This document shows positions 13,232 to 24,943 of a stretch of DNA of 64,000 nucleotides, one piece after another. Source of the DNA: Octopus vulgaris (taxonomy: Eukaryota); the NCBI GenBank assembly GCA_951406725.2, contig OX597837.1, positions 36,084,001 to 36,148,000 of the forward strand, written 5' to 3'. Below the pieces are notes generated by a model. It made no database searches. It was not told the origin of the DNA and saw only the letters and a program-made list of their open reading frames with translations. The translations under genes were made by a program, and so were the position numbers. The number at the start of each line of letters is the position of its first letter. Positions within the stretch are counted from its first letter, which is position 1.

Positions 13232-13728
13232 CATCATCATCATCATCATCATCATCGTTTAACGTCAGCTTTCCATGCTAGCATGGGTTGGACGATTTGA
13301 CTGACAACTGGCAAACCAGATGGCTGCACCAGGCTCCAGTCTGATCTGGCAGAGTTTCTACAGCTGGATGCCCTTCCTAACGCCAACCACTCCGAGAGTG
13401 TAGTGGGTGCTTTTACGTGCCACCGGCACGGGGGCCAGTCATGCGGTACTGACAATGACCTCGCTCGAATCTTTTTACACATGCCACCGGCACAGGTGCC
13501 AGTAAGGCGACGCTGGTAACAATCACGCTCGAATGGTGCCCTTTTACGTGCCACCGGCACGGAAACTAGTTAGCCGCTCTGGCAACGATCACGCTCGGAT
13601 GGTGCTCTTAGCACCCTACTAGCACGGGGCACAAGTGCCAGTAAGGAAAGGTACGCATAAGTGGGCTGGTTACGCCCCTGGCATAGGCCACGAGGTTATG
13701 GCCTCATTTGGCTCGCCGGGCCTTCTCA
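13232..13728 (-). mobile_element. RTE-related retroposon with (ATG)n tail and internal subrepeats
   Basis: (CAT)n tail then CGTTTAACGTCAGCTTTCCATGCTAGCATGGGTTGGACG; minus strand reads GGTTGGCGTTAGGAAGGGCATCCAGCTGTAGAAAC, a motif I recall from RTE-associated SINEs; repeated GTGCCACCGGCAC. A short relic of the same tail lies at 5127-5173. Confidence 0.65.
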
Positions 13729-14049
13729 TATTTTGCTGGTAGCTGACTGGCGTAAGTTTGTGAATATGAAAATAATACTTGTATAGGGTGTGTTATGGGA
13801 ATTTATGGAAGGGTATCTCATAGAACTCAACAAATTTGTTAAAAATGGAGAAAAGATGATAAAAGGAATTTTAATACGTACATACGATCGTTTCAAACAG
13901 CGATATCAAAACATGTAAATTCATTGTAGAATAATTAAATCAATTTGATTAAATTACATTAATTACATATCACTGTTCTCCTCACCGCCAAAAGTATAAA
14001 CAAAAAATTATTAATATAAAGGATTTGATGAAGGATATATGAAAAATAT

Positions 14050-14168
<119 letters not shown>

Positions 14169-14178
14169 TATATATATG

Positions 14179-15447
14179 AGTGCCCGCTGTCTTTTTAAAT
14201 TTTGGAATCTATTGCATTTTTAAATTTTGGCATCTATTTTTTCCGGGAATTCCATTTTTGAATCATTTTGGAATCTATTTTCTTTTCTAGTTAATTTTAG
14301 TTAATTTTTGTTTATTTTCAGATCATTAAAATAGTTAAGAAAAACGAGCATTTTCGACACCTCCTTCTTTTTACTTTTAATTAAGGTTCTAAGGCCGTAA
14401 AAGCTGCTCGCGTCATTTGTGCTGAGTATGGAAAGGGTGCCATAGCTGAAAGAACCGCTCGTGATTGGTATGCCAAGTTCAAAAATGGAAATTTTGACCT
14501 CAAAGATGCACTTCATTCTGGCCTTCCAGTTGAGTTCGATGAAGAGCGATTAAACCAATTTTTGCATGAAAATTCTCGTCAAACGACAAGGGAACTGGCA
14601 GAGAAAATGGAATGCTCCCACACTGGTATAGAGAAGCATCTTCACTCGATGGGAAAGGTTCAGAAGTATGGAGCATAGAGTTCCGCATGCTTTAAGTGAC
14701 AACAACAAAAATCAACGAGCCACAATCTCCGCTGGTTTGCTTGCTCATCACCGCTCCACTCATTGACACAAGCAACGATTTCCTTATCGAATCGTTACTG
14801 GCGATGAAAATGGTGCCTGTACATCAATATGAAGCAGTGTAAGGAATGGCTTAGCCCAGGTAAACAAGTGACACCACGAGTGAAACAAGATCTTCATCCG
14901 CGTAAAACGATGTTGTGCGTATGGTGGGACAGGGAAGGGATTATCCATTACGAATTGCCTGAACGGAACCAAACGGTCAACGCGGAAACTCTATGTTCAA
15001 CAGATGGAACGACTCAACACGGCTATTCAAGAGAAAAGACCTAATCGTCAGCATGGAGTTCTTCTGCTGCACGACAACGCCCGCCATCATATCGACAATA
15101 TGACCAAGGAAGCCATTCAAAAGCATGGCTTGGAAGTGCTGCTACACCCACTGTACTCTCCTGATTTGGCACCAACGGATTTCCACCTTTTTCGATTTCT
15201 TTTAAATGCTATGCGAGGAGTTTCGTTCAATACTGATGCAGAATTGAGAACTTGGTTGGATCAATTTTTCGAGTCGAAATCGAGTGATTTCTACCAACGA
15301 GGTATTGAAAATCTTGTTGAACGTTGGGAAGAAGTTGTAAACAACAAGGGTGAATACATTATTGATTAATTAGTTGTTATTTTTTATTAAGCTTTTTAAA
15401 AAATTTTAATTTAAAAAAACAGCGGGAACTTAGTTGCCAACCCAATA
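14179..15447 (+). mobile_element. Mariner (DD34D) DNA transposon, near full length, inactivated transposase
   Basis: Conceptual translation across frameshifts and stops: FRHLLLF..KAARVIC..ERTARDWYAKFKNGNFDLKD..TTRELAEKM..VPHALS..RIVTGDE..KTMLCVWWDREGIIHYE..LLHDNAR..HPLYSPDLAPTDFHLF..GEYIID*. Right TIR GCGGGAACTTAGTTGCCAACCCAATA; inner part of left TIR AGTGCCCGCTGTCTTTTTAAATT at 14179-14201 (21/23 match). Confidence 0.95.
14330..15369 (+). pseudogene. Mariner transposase pseudogene
   Basis: ORF-track pieces 14829-15044 and 15004-15369 carry the WWD, HDNA and YSPDLAPTD motifs; start codon lost and several frameshifts. Confidence 0.92.
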
Positions 15448-15465
15448 TATACACACACACACACG

Positions 15466-15531
<66 letters not shown>

Positions 15532-15611
15532 CACACATACACATATATAAACTCATTGTTAACAAATGCTAGGATGCATGGCGTTCAGTTACTCAATAAA
15601 TGACAAATGCA

Positions 15612-17003
15612 TTAAATACTAAAATGCATTAAAAACGGTGTCCAGGGAAGCCTAATTGCTGTAGGTGTTGCTGTTGCTGTTGAGCGAACGGTCTTCGTCC
15701 CAGATCTCGCAAGATTGGAGAAGTCCAAAACGTGGTCCTTTGCTATTCGTAAGACCCGCGGGAGAGAAAGCAGGTCAACCCCCGACACCGAGAGCATCGA
15801 CAGATGGACGAATGCGCATCCAGGCTCAGCGGTTGCGTAGGAAGTCGGGGACAAGAAACAGGAAGAAAGAGTGAGAGAAAGTTGGGGAGAAAGAGTACAG
15901 CAGGGGTCGCCACCACCCACTGCCGGAGCCTGGTGGAGCTTTAGGTGTTTTCGCTCAATAAACACACGCAACGCCCAGTCTGGGAATCGAAACCGCGATC
16001 CTCCGACCGCTAGTCCGCTGCCCTAACCATTGGGCCATTGTGCCTCCACTGCTGTAGATGTTCCAGAGATTTCTTAGCTGCATGGTAGGGCGCATTATCT
16101 TGCATGAATACCAGCGTTCCCTTTAATGAAACTTTCTGCTTCTTCAACCGTGGTTTAAAATTATCCCCCAAGAAGGCAACATAGGCATTAGATGTCATTT
16201 TGAGTCCTTCTGGAACTTTCCAAGGACCAGCCAACCTGTCTCCAATGATGCCAGCCCAAATCATGATTTCGCCTCCCATTTGTTGGCTTCTCAAACAACG
16301 AGGATGATTTCCACTGATTGCAACCCATCCTTTACTCCATCCATCTGGTCCGTCTAGGGTAGCACGGTATTCGTCAGTGAAGAGGACTTGAAAAATCTAT
16401 CTTCATGTAGTCTTCTGCCCTTTTGGCCCATTCAGAGGGGGCCTTGTAACAAGTTTTACGTTCTTGGTTACCTGCTTCAGGAGGCAACACCGGGTAGATT
16501 TCGAAATGTTTTCCCTACCACAACGTTTAGACACTTCTCGACCAGGCAGACACGTGTTCTTTGCATCTTCCCTCGTTATACGTGACAGGGTACGCCTGGA
16601 AACAACCCTCAATTTACCCTTGTCAGCCCTCAAACAGACAGCAGAAGGCTTCACAAATTTCTTCACAGTTCAATGACCTCTTCCCAGGATCTTTGATATT
16701 TCCAATGTCATTTTTGTTTATCCAAGCTCTGAGATTATGGTGGACTTCTATTTGATGTTAAATCAAAGTTTTTGGCTCATAATAACACTTTTATTGAGCA
16801 CTTGCCTAATAATTTAAGACTGTAAAATCATTGCTGTTTCACGATAATGGCTGCCATTTGTTTACATCTGCGCGGATCCAAATTATTTTACTATACAGCA
16901 TGGGCAATCAGATGTTGCCATCATTCAGTGAAAAAATATCTGGATTCAAACGAATACTGTTATTTCAAAAAATCAGAGGTGCTTAATAATTTGACACGCA
17001 GTA
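15612..17003 (-). mobile_element. Tc1-family transposon (IR/DR-type left end), 3'-truncated, interrupted by a SINE
   Basis: Minus strand: ATG at 16780 MSQK..STIISELG..LEISKILGR..TVKKFV; FTDEYRATLDGPDGW (~16340-16385); GGEIMIWAGIIGD..VFMQDNAPYHAAK. Terminus TACTGCGTGTCAAATTATTAAGCAC with inner direct repeat AAATTATTAGGCAAGTGC at 16798-16815. Confidence 0.9.
15670..16049 (-). mobile_element. tRNA-derived SINE family C (tail variant 1) inserted in the Tc1 ORF
   Basis: Head GTGGAGGCACAATGGCCCAATGGTTAGGGCAGCGGACT...GGTTTCGATTCCC; 13-bp TSD TGCTGTAGRTGTT at 15657-15669 and 16050-16062. Confidence 0.9.
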
Positions 17004-17065
17004 TATATATATACTCCACCCATTTGGTCCGTCTAGGGTAGCACGGCATTCGTCATTCAAAATGT

Positions 17066-17270
17066 GACCGCGTGTGAACCGTTGGCGATTTTTTTCCTCC
17101 TCTGTCTTCCCTTCTCTGGATCTTTCCTTCTCCTATGTTTCCGACGAAGAGCTCCGCTCGAAACGTTAAACCCTCTTTCTTCCTCCCTTCCTTCCTGAGC
17201 GTCCAATAATACTATATTTGTTCCACGTCCTCGCGTTGTGTTTTTTTGTGCTTTCATGTTTGGATTAACT
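17066..17270 (+). mobile_element. Penelope-like element terminal fragment with a minimal hammerhead motif
   Basis: GTTT-CCGACGA-A-GAGC-TCC-GCTC-GAAAC-GTT-AAAC at 17137-17171 in pyrimidine-rich flanks, ending in (TA)n. Confidence 0.65.
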
Positions 17271-17290
17271 ATATATATATATATATATAT

Positions 17291-17580
17291 GCGCCCTTTT
17301 CAAGCCTAGCCAGGCTTATGGGCCCGGTTTCCCGGTTTCTGTGGCGTATGTGTCCCCTCCCCCAGCTGGATGGGACGCCAGTCCAACGCAGCGTTACTCA
17401 AGAAACAGGAAGGGAGAGTGAGAGAAAGTTGGGGCGAAAGAGTACAACAGGGATCGCCACCTCACCCTCTGCCGGAGCCTCGTGGAGCTTTTAGGTATTT
17501 TCGCTCAATAAACACACAACGCCCGGTCTGGGAATCGAAACCGCGAGTCCGCTGCCCTAACCACTGGGCCATTGCGCCTC

Positions 17581-17583
<3 letters not shown>
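17291..17583 (-). mobile_element. SINE family C (tail variant 2)
   Basis: Same head as 15670-16049; tail GGACTGGCGTCCCATCCAGC...CCACAGAAACCGGG...GAAAAGGGCGC, shared with 47393-47622. Confidence 0.88.
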
Positions 17584-17622
<39 letters not shown>

Positions 17623-17659
17623 AACACGCGCGCGCGCGCAGTGCTCAATCGGTGCGTAT

Positions 17660-17786
17660 TTAATTGACGCCGAAAGGATGAAATGCAAAATCGACCTCGG
17701 CGCCATTTGAACTCAGAATGGGAAGTCGGACGAAATGCTGCTAAGGATTTCCGTCGCCCTGCTAACGACTCTGCCAGCTTGCCGCC

Positions 17787-17824
<38 letters not shown>

Positions 17825-18012
17825 CGTTTTTGCAATAGGCACAAGGCCTGAAATTTGGGGGCAGAGGATAAGTCGATCACATCGACCCTAGTGTTTCACT
17901 GGTTTTTATTTAATCGACCCCGAAAGGATGAATGGCTAAGTTGACCCCAGCGGTATTTGAACTCAGAACATAAAGTTCGGAAGAAATGTTCCAAAGCATT
18001 TTTCCGGCACGG
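17660..18012 (-). mobile_element. Two diverged SINE family B copies separated by (TAA)n
   Basis: CCGAAAGGATGAA...ATTTGAACTCAGAA occurs twice; the second carries tail type 2 (AGGCACAAGGCCTGAAATTTGGGGG). Confidence 0.75.
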
Positions 18013-18332
18013 TGAGGATTGGCAGCACAATAAGAATACAGTGGCCCTATGTCCTTGTGGTGTTTATTCAGGTTGTTTGCGTTCTGAGTTCAAATCCCAC
18101 CATGGTCTACTTCCGAGGTAGAATCAATCTGTTGTCCCGTTTAACGTCATTACATGGGACCAGAGTACCTTTAGAGGAGTTCACCCCGTTGTAAGCGTTT
18201 GTCCCAAGTTTCCAGTTCCAAAAAAAAACTTCCAATCTTGGAGGTCCTGTCGAGGGTCACGAGCACTCCCTGTCGAATGGCAGGAGATTGTTCTCTACAC
18301 TTTTCAACACTACCTTCTTACATTTTTGTGAT

Positions 18333-18735
18333 AGACGCAGGAGTGGCAGTGTGGTAAGTAGCTTGCTTACCAACCACATGGTTCCGGGTTCAGTCCCACT
18401 GCGTGACACCTTGGGCAAGTGTCTTCTACTATAGCCTCGGGCCGACCAAAGCCTTGTGAGTGGATTTGGTAGACGGAAACTGAAAGAAGCCCGTCTTATA
18501 TATGTATATATATGTGTGTGTGTGTCTGTGTTTGTGTGTCTGTGTTTGTCCCCCAACATCGCTTGACAACCGATGCTGGTGTGTTTACATCCCCGTTACT
18601 TAGCGGTTCGGCAAAAAGAGGCCGATAGAATAAATACTAGGCTTAAAAAGAATAAGTCTTGGGGTCGATTTGCTCGACTAAAAGGCGGTGCTCCAGCATG
18701 GCCGCGGTCAAATGACTGAAACAAGTAAAAAGAGT

Positions 18736-18737
<2 letters not shown>
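18333..18737 (+). mobile_element. SINE family A, full length
   Basis: AGACGCAGGAGTGGCAGTGTGGTAAGTAGC...GAAACAAGTAAAAAGAGTAA. Confidence 0.92.
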
Positions 18738-18772
<35 letters not shown>

Positions 18773-18930
18773 AGCGGTCACGAGTTCAAGAGAGACTTCA
18801 CTTCGAGACAAATGGAGTTGTCTCGACACAATACATCATTTATTAAATGTCATCCAGTCAGTAGACATGATTCTTTCATGTGATGGTTTTTTTTCACTCC
18901 CACAACGTTTATTCTTCAAGCTTACATAAA

Positions 18931-19166
18931 GGCGGCGAGCTGGCAGAATCGTTAGCACGCCTGGCGAAATCCATAGCGGTATTTCGCCTGTCATTACATT
19001 CTGAGTTCAAATTCCGCCGAGGTCGACTTTGCCTTTCATCCATTCGGGGTCGATTAAATAAGTACCAGTTACGCACTGGGGTCGATATAAACGACTTAAT
19101 CCGTTTGTCTGTCCTTGTTTGTCCTCTCTGTGTTTAGCCCCTTGTGGGTAGTAAAGAAATAGGTAT
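18931..19166 (+). mobile_element. SINE family B (tail type 1)
   Basis: GGCGGCGAGCTGGCAGAATCGTTAGC...CTTGTGGGTAGTAAAGAAATAGGTAT. Confidence 0.9.
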
Positions 19167-19735
19167 CACTGTTTCTGTGGAGATTTCCAGTTGATGACAG
19201 AATCTTGCAGGTTTGATGTTTATGGAGTGGATCGATTTTCACAAATGTTGGGAATCAGCACTGGTGCAGACCAACCACTTACTTGGTACCAAGGTTGTGA
19301 AGAACGTATCTTGTTTTAACCATCTTCCTTTAAATCTTACGTCCATGCAAATTTTTATAATCTCAGATAACGTGATCATTTGTGGCGTATGTATGTATGC
19401 ATGTATATATGTATGTATTTATGTGTGTATGTCTGTATGTATGTATGTATGTATGTATGTATGCATATATGTGTGTGTGAATGTATATATGGATGGATGG
19501 ATGTGTGTATGTATGTATGTTATATATATATGTGTGTATATATGTTATATGTATGTGCGATATATGTATGTATGTATATATGTAAGTAAGTATATATGTA
19601 TGAATGTATGTATATATGTATGCATATATGTAATACGTATGTACGTTATATGTATATATACATGTATGTATGCATGTATATATATATATATATATGTATG
19701 CATGTATTTGATATGTATGTATGCATATATGTACG

Positions 19736-19775
<40 letters not shown>

Positions 19776-19979
19776 ATATCTATGTATACATGTATGTATG
19801 TTATATGTATGTATTTATGTATGTGTTATATATATGTATGCCTGTATGTATATGTTATATGTATGTATACCTATGTGCATACGTATGTGTGTGTATGTAC
19901 ATGTATATTTAAGTATGTACAAATGTACGTAGGAATGTGTATATGTGTGTATATTTGTATGTGTATATGTATAGTTATA

Positions 19980-20202
19980 TATTTCTTTACTGCCCACAAG
20001 GGGTTAAACATAGAGGGGACAAACAAGGACAGACCAACGGATTAAGTCGATTACATCGACCCCAGTGCGAAACTGGTACTTTATTTATCGACCCCGAAAG
20101 GATGAAAGGCAAAGTCGACCTCGGCGGAATTTGAACTCAGAACGTAACGACAGAGGAAATACCGCTAAGCATTTCGCCCGGCGCGCTAACGATTCTGCCA
20201 GA
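19980..20202 (-). mobile_element. SINE family B (tail type 1)
   Basis: Reverse-complement match to 2011-2240. Confidence 0.88.
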
Positions 20203-20486
20203 CATCCACATACGTGAGCGCACGCACACACACGCATATACGTTTACATATGCATATACGTCTGCGTGTGCAGGTGCGTCAGGATCCGTGTGCACGTGTG
20301 TGCACAGATGTATAGATACACACAAACACACATACACACATAAAGCATACCTACACACATACATACATTCATACATACATTTGCATACATACATACATAC
20401 ATACATAAATACATATATACATTCATACATACATACATACATACATAAATACATACATTTACATACATATGTACATATGTACATAC

Positions 20487-20517
<31 letters not shown>

Positions 20518-21064
20518 CATACATACATACATACATGCATACATACATACATACATACATACATACATACATACATACATACAAGCATACGTACATGCAT
20601 GCATACATACGTACAACATACACTTATACCTACATACGTACATACATACATAAATACGTACAGTCATGGATATATACGTTTGTATATGCATGAATGCATA
20701 CATACATATACACATATACATACATATAACGTACCTACATTCATAAATACATCCATACATATATGCATACATACGTGCATGCATGCATACATACATACAT
20801 ACATACATACATACATACATACATACACATATATACACTTTGTGATACGAACAATAATAGAACTCAAAAACTATTTCCCATACTTCAAACAACAATATGG
20901 CGTTCGGAACTGACCACTTTAAAAGCTGACAATGCTCCACAAATCATCTCACGAGCCACTTCACCGGACAACAGAGGAAATTCTTTCCAACGATTTTTAA
21001 AATTCGTCATCTTCTGGCGTCGACTGGAATTTTTCCCAGACATAGAATTATCGACAGGCTATTT

Positions 21065-21700
21065 CAGACAAAATTACTCGGTGGGAGAAGAAGAGGGTTA
21101 AAATCAGTTTCGACTGAATTTGAGTGTCGTCTGCTGATCACTGTGAGAGATTCTGAGGTACTCTAAACCAGTACTTTTGAGGTACTCTAAACCAATACTT
21201 TTGAGGTACTCTAACGCAACATTTCTGAGGTTCGCGAGCACAAAATAACTCGGCGGAAGAAGATGGTTGAAATCAGTTTCGACTGTATTTGAGTGTCGTC
21301 TGCTGATCACTGTGAGAGATTTTGAGGTACTCTAAACCAGTACTTTTGAGGTACTCTAAACCAATACTTTTGAGGTACTCTAACGCAACATTTCTGAGGT
21401 TCGCGAAGGCAAAATAATTCGGTGGAAGAAGAGGATGGTTGAAATCAGTTTCGACAGAATTTGAGTGTCGTCTGCTGGTCACCCTGAGAGATTCTGAGGT
21501 ACTCTAAACCAATGTTTTTGAGGTACTCTAACGTAACAATTCCGAGATTCGTAAACGCAACAGTTCCGAGGTACGCTAACCGAATATTTTGAAGAAGCTA
21601 CTCCAAGAGTTCTGAGATATGCTAATTCAACAGTCTGAGATACTGTAACGAAACTGATTCATACACGCTAACCAAAACATTTTTAGGTACGCTGATTCAC
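21065..21700 (-). repeat. About 170-bp higher-order repeat (x3) built on a 24-bp unit in reverse orientation
   Basis: AAATCAGTTTCGAC..TTTGAGTGTCGTCTGCTG recurs at ~21100, 21270 and 21442; subunit GAGGTACTCTAAACCARTACTTTT is the approximate reverse complement of the 22011 unit. Confidence 0.9.
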
Positions 21701-21864
21701 AAGAGGTACACATAGCCATCTCGTAGACAGCAGTAAGAAAAAGGTACAAATACCTGAACTAAACCAAAGTAAATAGAATATTGTCTTAACGTTATTAATG
21801 TTGTATATTGTTGGGTGAGTGTACCTCAGAACTGTAGAGTACCTCCAAACCGTTGAGTTAGCGT

Positions 21865-21990
21865 AGGCATGGGCAACCATTTACGAGAAGCGGGCAGCAA
21901 GGGAGATGGTTCATCATCAGGCGGGCCGCACTAATAAAAATATTCAAGGTAATTTTTCATTAGGTTTGCTGTTCAAAAAGTCCCGCGGGT
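21865..21990. mobile_element. Possible hAT-type MITE fragment
   Basis: TAGGCATGGGCAAC...GCGGGCCGCA resembles the CAGGNGTGGGCAA/GCGGGCCGCA signature of Charlie-type ends; no second TIR seen. Confidence 0.35.
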
Positions 21991-22007
21991 TTTTGTTTAT
22001 CTATGAC

Positions 22008-22552
22008 TAGCTTAGCGTACCCCAAAACAGTTGGGTTAGCGTACCCCAAAACTGTTGGTTTAGCTTACCTCAAAACTATTGGATTAGCGTACCTCAAAAC
22101 AGTTGGGTTACCGTACCTCAAAACTGTTGGTTTAACTTACCTCAAAACTATTGGATTAGCGTACCTCACAACTATTGGATTAGCGTACCCTAAAACTGTT
22201 GGGTTAGCGTACCTCAAAACTGTTGGTCTATCTAGCGTATCCCAAAACTGTTGGGTTAGTGAACCCTAAAACTGTTGGGCTAGCGTACCCCAAAACTGCT
22301 GGGCTAGCGTACCTCAAAACTGTTGGGTTAGCGTACCTCAAAACTGTTGGGTTTGCGTACTTTAAAACTGTTGGCCTATCTAGCGTACCCCAAAACTGTT
22401 GGGTTAGTGAACCCTAAAACTGTTGGGCTAGGGTACCCCAAAACTGTTGGATTAGCGTACCTCAAAACTGTTGGCCTAGCTAGCGTACCCCCAAACTACT
22501 GGTTTAGTGAACCCTAAAACTGTTGGGTTAGCGTACCTCAGAACTTTTGGGT
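22008..22552 (+). repeat. 24-bp minisatellite (GGTTAGCGTACCTCAAAACTGTTG)n, ~22 copies
   Basis: Directly visible; gives LAYxKTVG repeat ORFs. Confidence 0.95.
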
Positions 22553-22811
22553 TGGTTTATCCCTGATTGTGTTTCTCACAGTCTTTTGAAGAAGCTGTTG
22601 ATTGTGACAGAAACTTTAGCCTCCTTTAATCTTGTTACTGTAACTTTACATACATTAGGTCAGTTTTTGAAGGTTGAACTTTTGTTACCCAAGGACAGGC
22701 GGTAAGTGCGAAGTACCTATTGAAGAAAACAGACAGCGAGGCCTTTAAACTACTAAAATACAATTTTAAATAACTATTATGTCTCAGTTCTCTAATTGAT
22801 ATCGAAGTAAT

Positions 22812-22863
<52 letters not shown>

Positions 22864-23006
22864 TTATGTGTACACACTAACTGACACACAACCATAGTTC
22901 ACGAGCTGTCTTCTCTAAAACAAACAGCCTTTAAACTTGGCTAGTGACCGGCTTGATTTCTGCAAAGGAAACTGAAAACCAAAATGAACCCCAAATACAT
23001 ACATAC

Positions 23007-23132
23007 AGGTGTAGCTGCGTTTAAAAAAACTTACTTCTTAGCCACGTGGTTCTTGGTTCAGTCTCTACTATAGCCTCGGGCCCACCAAAGCCTTGTGAGT
23101 GGATTTGGTAGACGGAAATTGAAAGACGTGCG

Positions 23133-23209
<77 letters not shown>

Positions 23210-23387
23210 CACACACTGTATTGGCCCCTTTGCCTTTCCCTTGGATAACATTGGTGGCAGGGAGAGGAGAGGCTGGTATGCATGGGTGACTGCCGGCCTT
23301 CCACAAACAACCTTGCCCGGACTTGTGCCTCGGAGGGTAACTTTCTAGGTGCAATCCCATGGTCATTCATGACCGAAGGGGGTCTCC
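23007..23387 (+). mobile_element. SINE family A head (diverged, internally deleted) + (TA)n + alternative 3' module
   Basis: CTACTATAGCCTCGGG..GTGAGTGGATTTGGTAGACGGAAA, then (TA)n, then CCTTTGCCTTTCCCTTGGATAAC...CATGACCGAAGGGGGTCTC instead of the usual family A 3' half. Confidence 0.6.
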
Positions 23388-23419
23388 TCCTCATCTACAT
23401 TCACTGTAGATGTTGACCA

Positions 23420-23851
23420 GTTGGCCAAACGGTCAACTAAAAGTACTTTGTGGAGGTTTTGTGTGAGATCGGGAAGAGATTTGGCCGCATAAGGCCAGAA
23501 TATCTGCACCAGGACAATGCACAAGTCCACAATTCCATCCTCATCCTGATAACCAACTTCTTGACATAAAATAAGCATCAGAACCCTTCCATCACTTTCC
23601 TTACAGCCTGGACCTTGCTCCCTATGACTTCTGGTTGTTCCTGCAAGCTGAAGGGGAAGATGAAGAAGGTTGTAACAAGGATCCTGGACACCTTCACTTT
23701 GGGGGACTGCCATGGAGCCTTCATGAAGTGGCTGGAATGCTACATGAAGTGGAGTGAAGTCGGAGGTTCCTACTTTCGAGGAGATTAGAGATTTGCCCTT
23801 GCTTGAAATGAATAAATGCCTCTCTTGAAAAAGTCTCAGAACTTCTAGAAT
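23420..23851 (+). mobile_element. Mariner transposase C-terminal relic with right end
   Basis: Across frameshifts: GQTVN*KYFVEVL..LHQDNAQVHNSIL..PYSLDLAPYDFWLF..GAFMKWLECYMKWSEVGGSYF; ends ...AACTTCTAGAATGCAGCTTGTA. Confidence 0.8.
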
Positions 23852-23990
23852 GCAGCTTGTACACACACACACGCACGCACACACGCACACACACACTAAC
23901 ACACACATACATACATGCAAAAATTCATACATACATTGGGATATATATACACACACGTATATATATATACACACATATATACACATGTAT

Positions 23991-24033
<43 letters not shown>

Positions 24034-24763
24034 GTATAAAATAGTACAGTATAGATAGACAGACAGACAGATCGATAGATAGATAGATATCTGTACGTCT
24101 ATAATTATAGTTACCCCTAATGTGGTTTTATAAATATATATATATGTTATGCATTACATATACATATATATATATTGTATATATATATGTGTGTATACAT
24201 ATGCATACATACATACATTGGGATATGTAATACACTGCCTAAATACCAATCTTGAGAAATTAGGCTTCTCAAAACCAGAAAGGAGAAAGCTAATTCGAAG
24301 GCTCCAGATCCAATCCATCACTGGAACTGTAAAAATCTGTAAAACTTGACAAAAGTTTATCGGTTAAATATATATGAGTATGTCTAGATATGCAACTATA
24401 TGCATGAGAAGACATACGTAAAACAAAACATACAAATCTGCACGTTTACATTCATACATAAAGGGGAAAAAATGAATGGTAAATAAACAAATAACATAAC
24501 GAATACTGAGTGTACAACCGGACGGGAGACAAACACAGGTCTCTAGTTCTTCATCAGTTATCAACCAAATGGTAATACTCAGTTTCGCATCATTAATGAT
24601 ACACACACACACACACATAAGAATGTGCATATGTTCTCGGTTCTGTTAACAGTTAAGCATTCAGGCGAGAGTACTGGCACTGATGTAGCAACATTTGAAA
24701 TATTGTCCAGTTAAATCTAGCTGAGAAATATATATATACGTATTCTTATATATACATATGTGT

Positions 24764-24857
24764 GGGTCCGATCCCTCCACCTCACACGTCTTTCCTAATC
24801 AACCCCTTTTCCTCCTTCAAACGAGCCCTTAACCTGCGTGACCTCCTAGTCAACAGT
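24764..24857 (+). mobile_element. Penelope-like element ORF fragment (RT to GIY-YIG linker region)
   Basis: With one frameshift reads SDPSTSHVFPNQP-SSFKRALNLRDLLVNS, matching my recollection of the PLE motif DP....FP..P...F+R..NL+D.LV.S. Confidence 0.65.
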
Positions 24858-24943
24858 TTCTACCCTAAAACTGTTGGACTAGCGTACCCCAAAACTGTTG
24901 GGTTAGCGTACCTCAAAACTGTTGGCCTAGCTAGCGTACCCTA
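24855..24943 (+). repeat. Orphan ~3.5 copies of the 24-bp unit of 22008-22552
   Basis: TACCCTAAAACTGTTGGACTAGCGTACCCCAAAACTGTTGGGTTAGCGTACCTC. Confidence 0.9.

Noticed and set aside
15975-16049. tRNA gene (and similar heads in all SINE copies)
   Set aside because: A/B boxes are present but continue into SINE bodies and tails with TSDs; no complete cloverleaf or Pol III terminator.
22003-22417. LAYxKTVG repeat protein or CRISPR-like array
   Set aside because: Contiguous 24-bp tandem units with no unique spacers, frames broken by 4-bp insertions, no cas genes, eukaryotic context.
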